NCBI RefSeq assembly: GCF_033153115.1
Contig: NW_026889821.1
Coordinates: forward strand, 2,170,001 to 2,234,000
Length of the DNA stretch: 64,000 nt
Reading direction: 5' to 3'
Source: Saccostrea echinata
Lineage: Eukaryota
Shown: piece by piece, positions 63,909 to 64,000 of the stretch
Numbering within the stretch: position 1 is the stretch's first letter
Layout: each line of letters opens with the position of its first letter
Translations under genes and position numbers: made by a program
Notes under the pieces: generated by a model
Seen by the model: the letters and a program-made list of their open reading frames with translations, nothing else
What the model was told of the DNA's origin: nothing
Databases searched by the model: none

Positions 63909-64000
63909 CTGAAAAAGGAAATTAATTCAAATAACTTTGTATCTAACTTGAATACAATTATCAAAGCGTCAAATTAAAATCAAATTAAGATCGGTGCTTT

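Overview
AT-rich, repeat-dense eukaryotic DNA. The repeat families (HINE/Helitron-N with ~166-bp Cg170-like units, Meta/Deu-domain SINEs, Penelope-like tails) point to an ostreid oyster (Crassostrea/Magallana-type); this is an inference. Five intron-containing genes can be built by hand, all on the minus strand, with GT-AG junctions and matching phases. A (1835-3325) and B (9204-10370) are paralogous secreted 10-Cys proteins with GPI-signal-like tails. C (16138-17572) is a single-EGF MEGF/SCARF-like type I receptor. D (28159-41241) is a 6-exon PD-(D/E)XK restriction-endonuclease-like protein with an NLS-like insert. E (51748 to beyond the right edge) is a MEGF-like receptor with repeated EGF+stalk units. 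The rest is mostly transposons. Most notable: (1) gene E seems to have lengthened its ectodomain by duplicating its last two exons and using a donor site just before the TM segment, which left the old TM/stop/UTR as decaying intron; (2) two CAGTAC-ended, TA-TSD transposons share a scaffold but differ wholesale in their 11-bp-phased subterminal motif (GCGAACCC vs GCAGTCCC); (3) there is an intact 362-bp mini LTR retrotransposon with tRNA-derived LTRs (Ajax-type), PBS, PPT and a 4-bp TSD. There are three N gaps, and no CRISPR, rRNA or bona fide tRNA gene was found. All gene models are unverified predictions.
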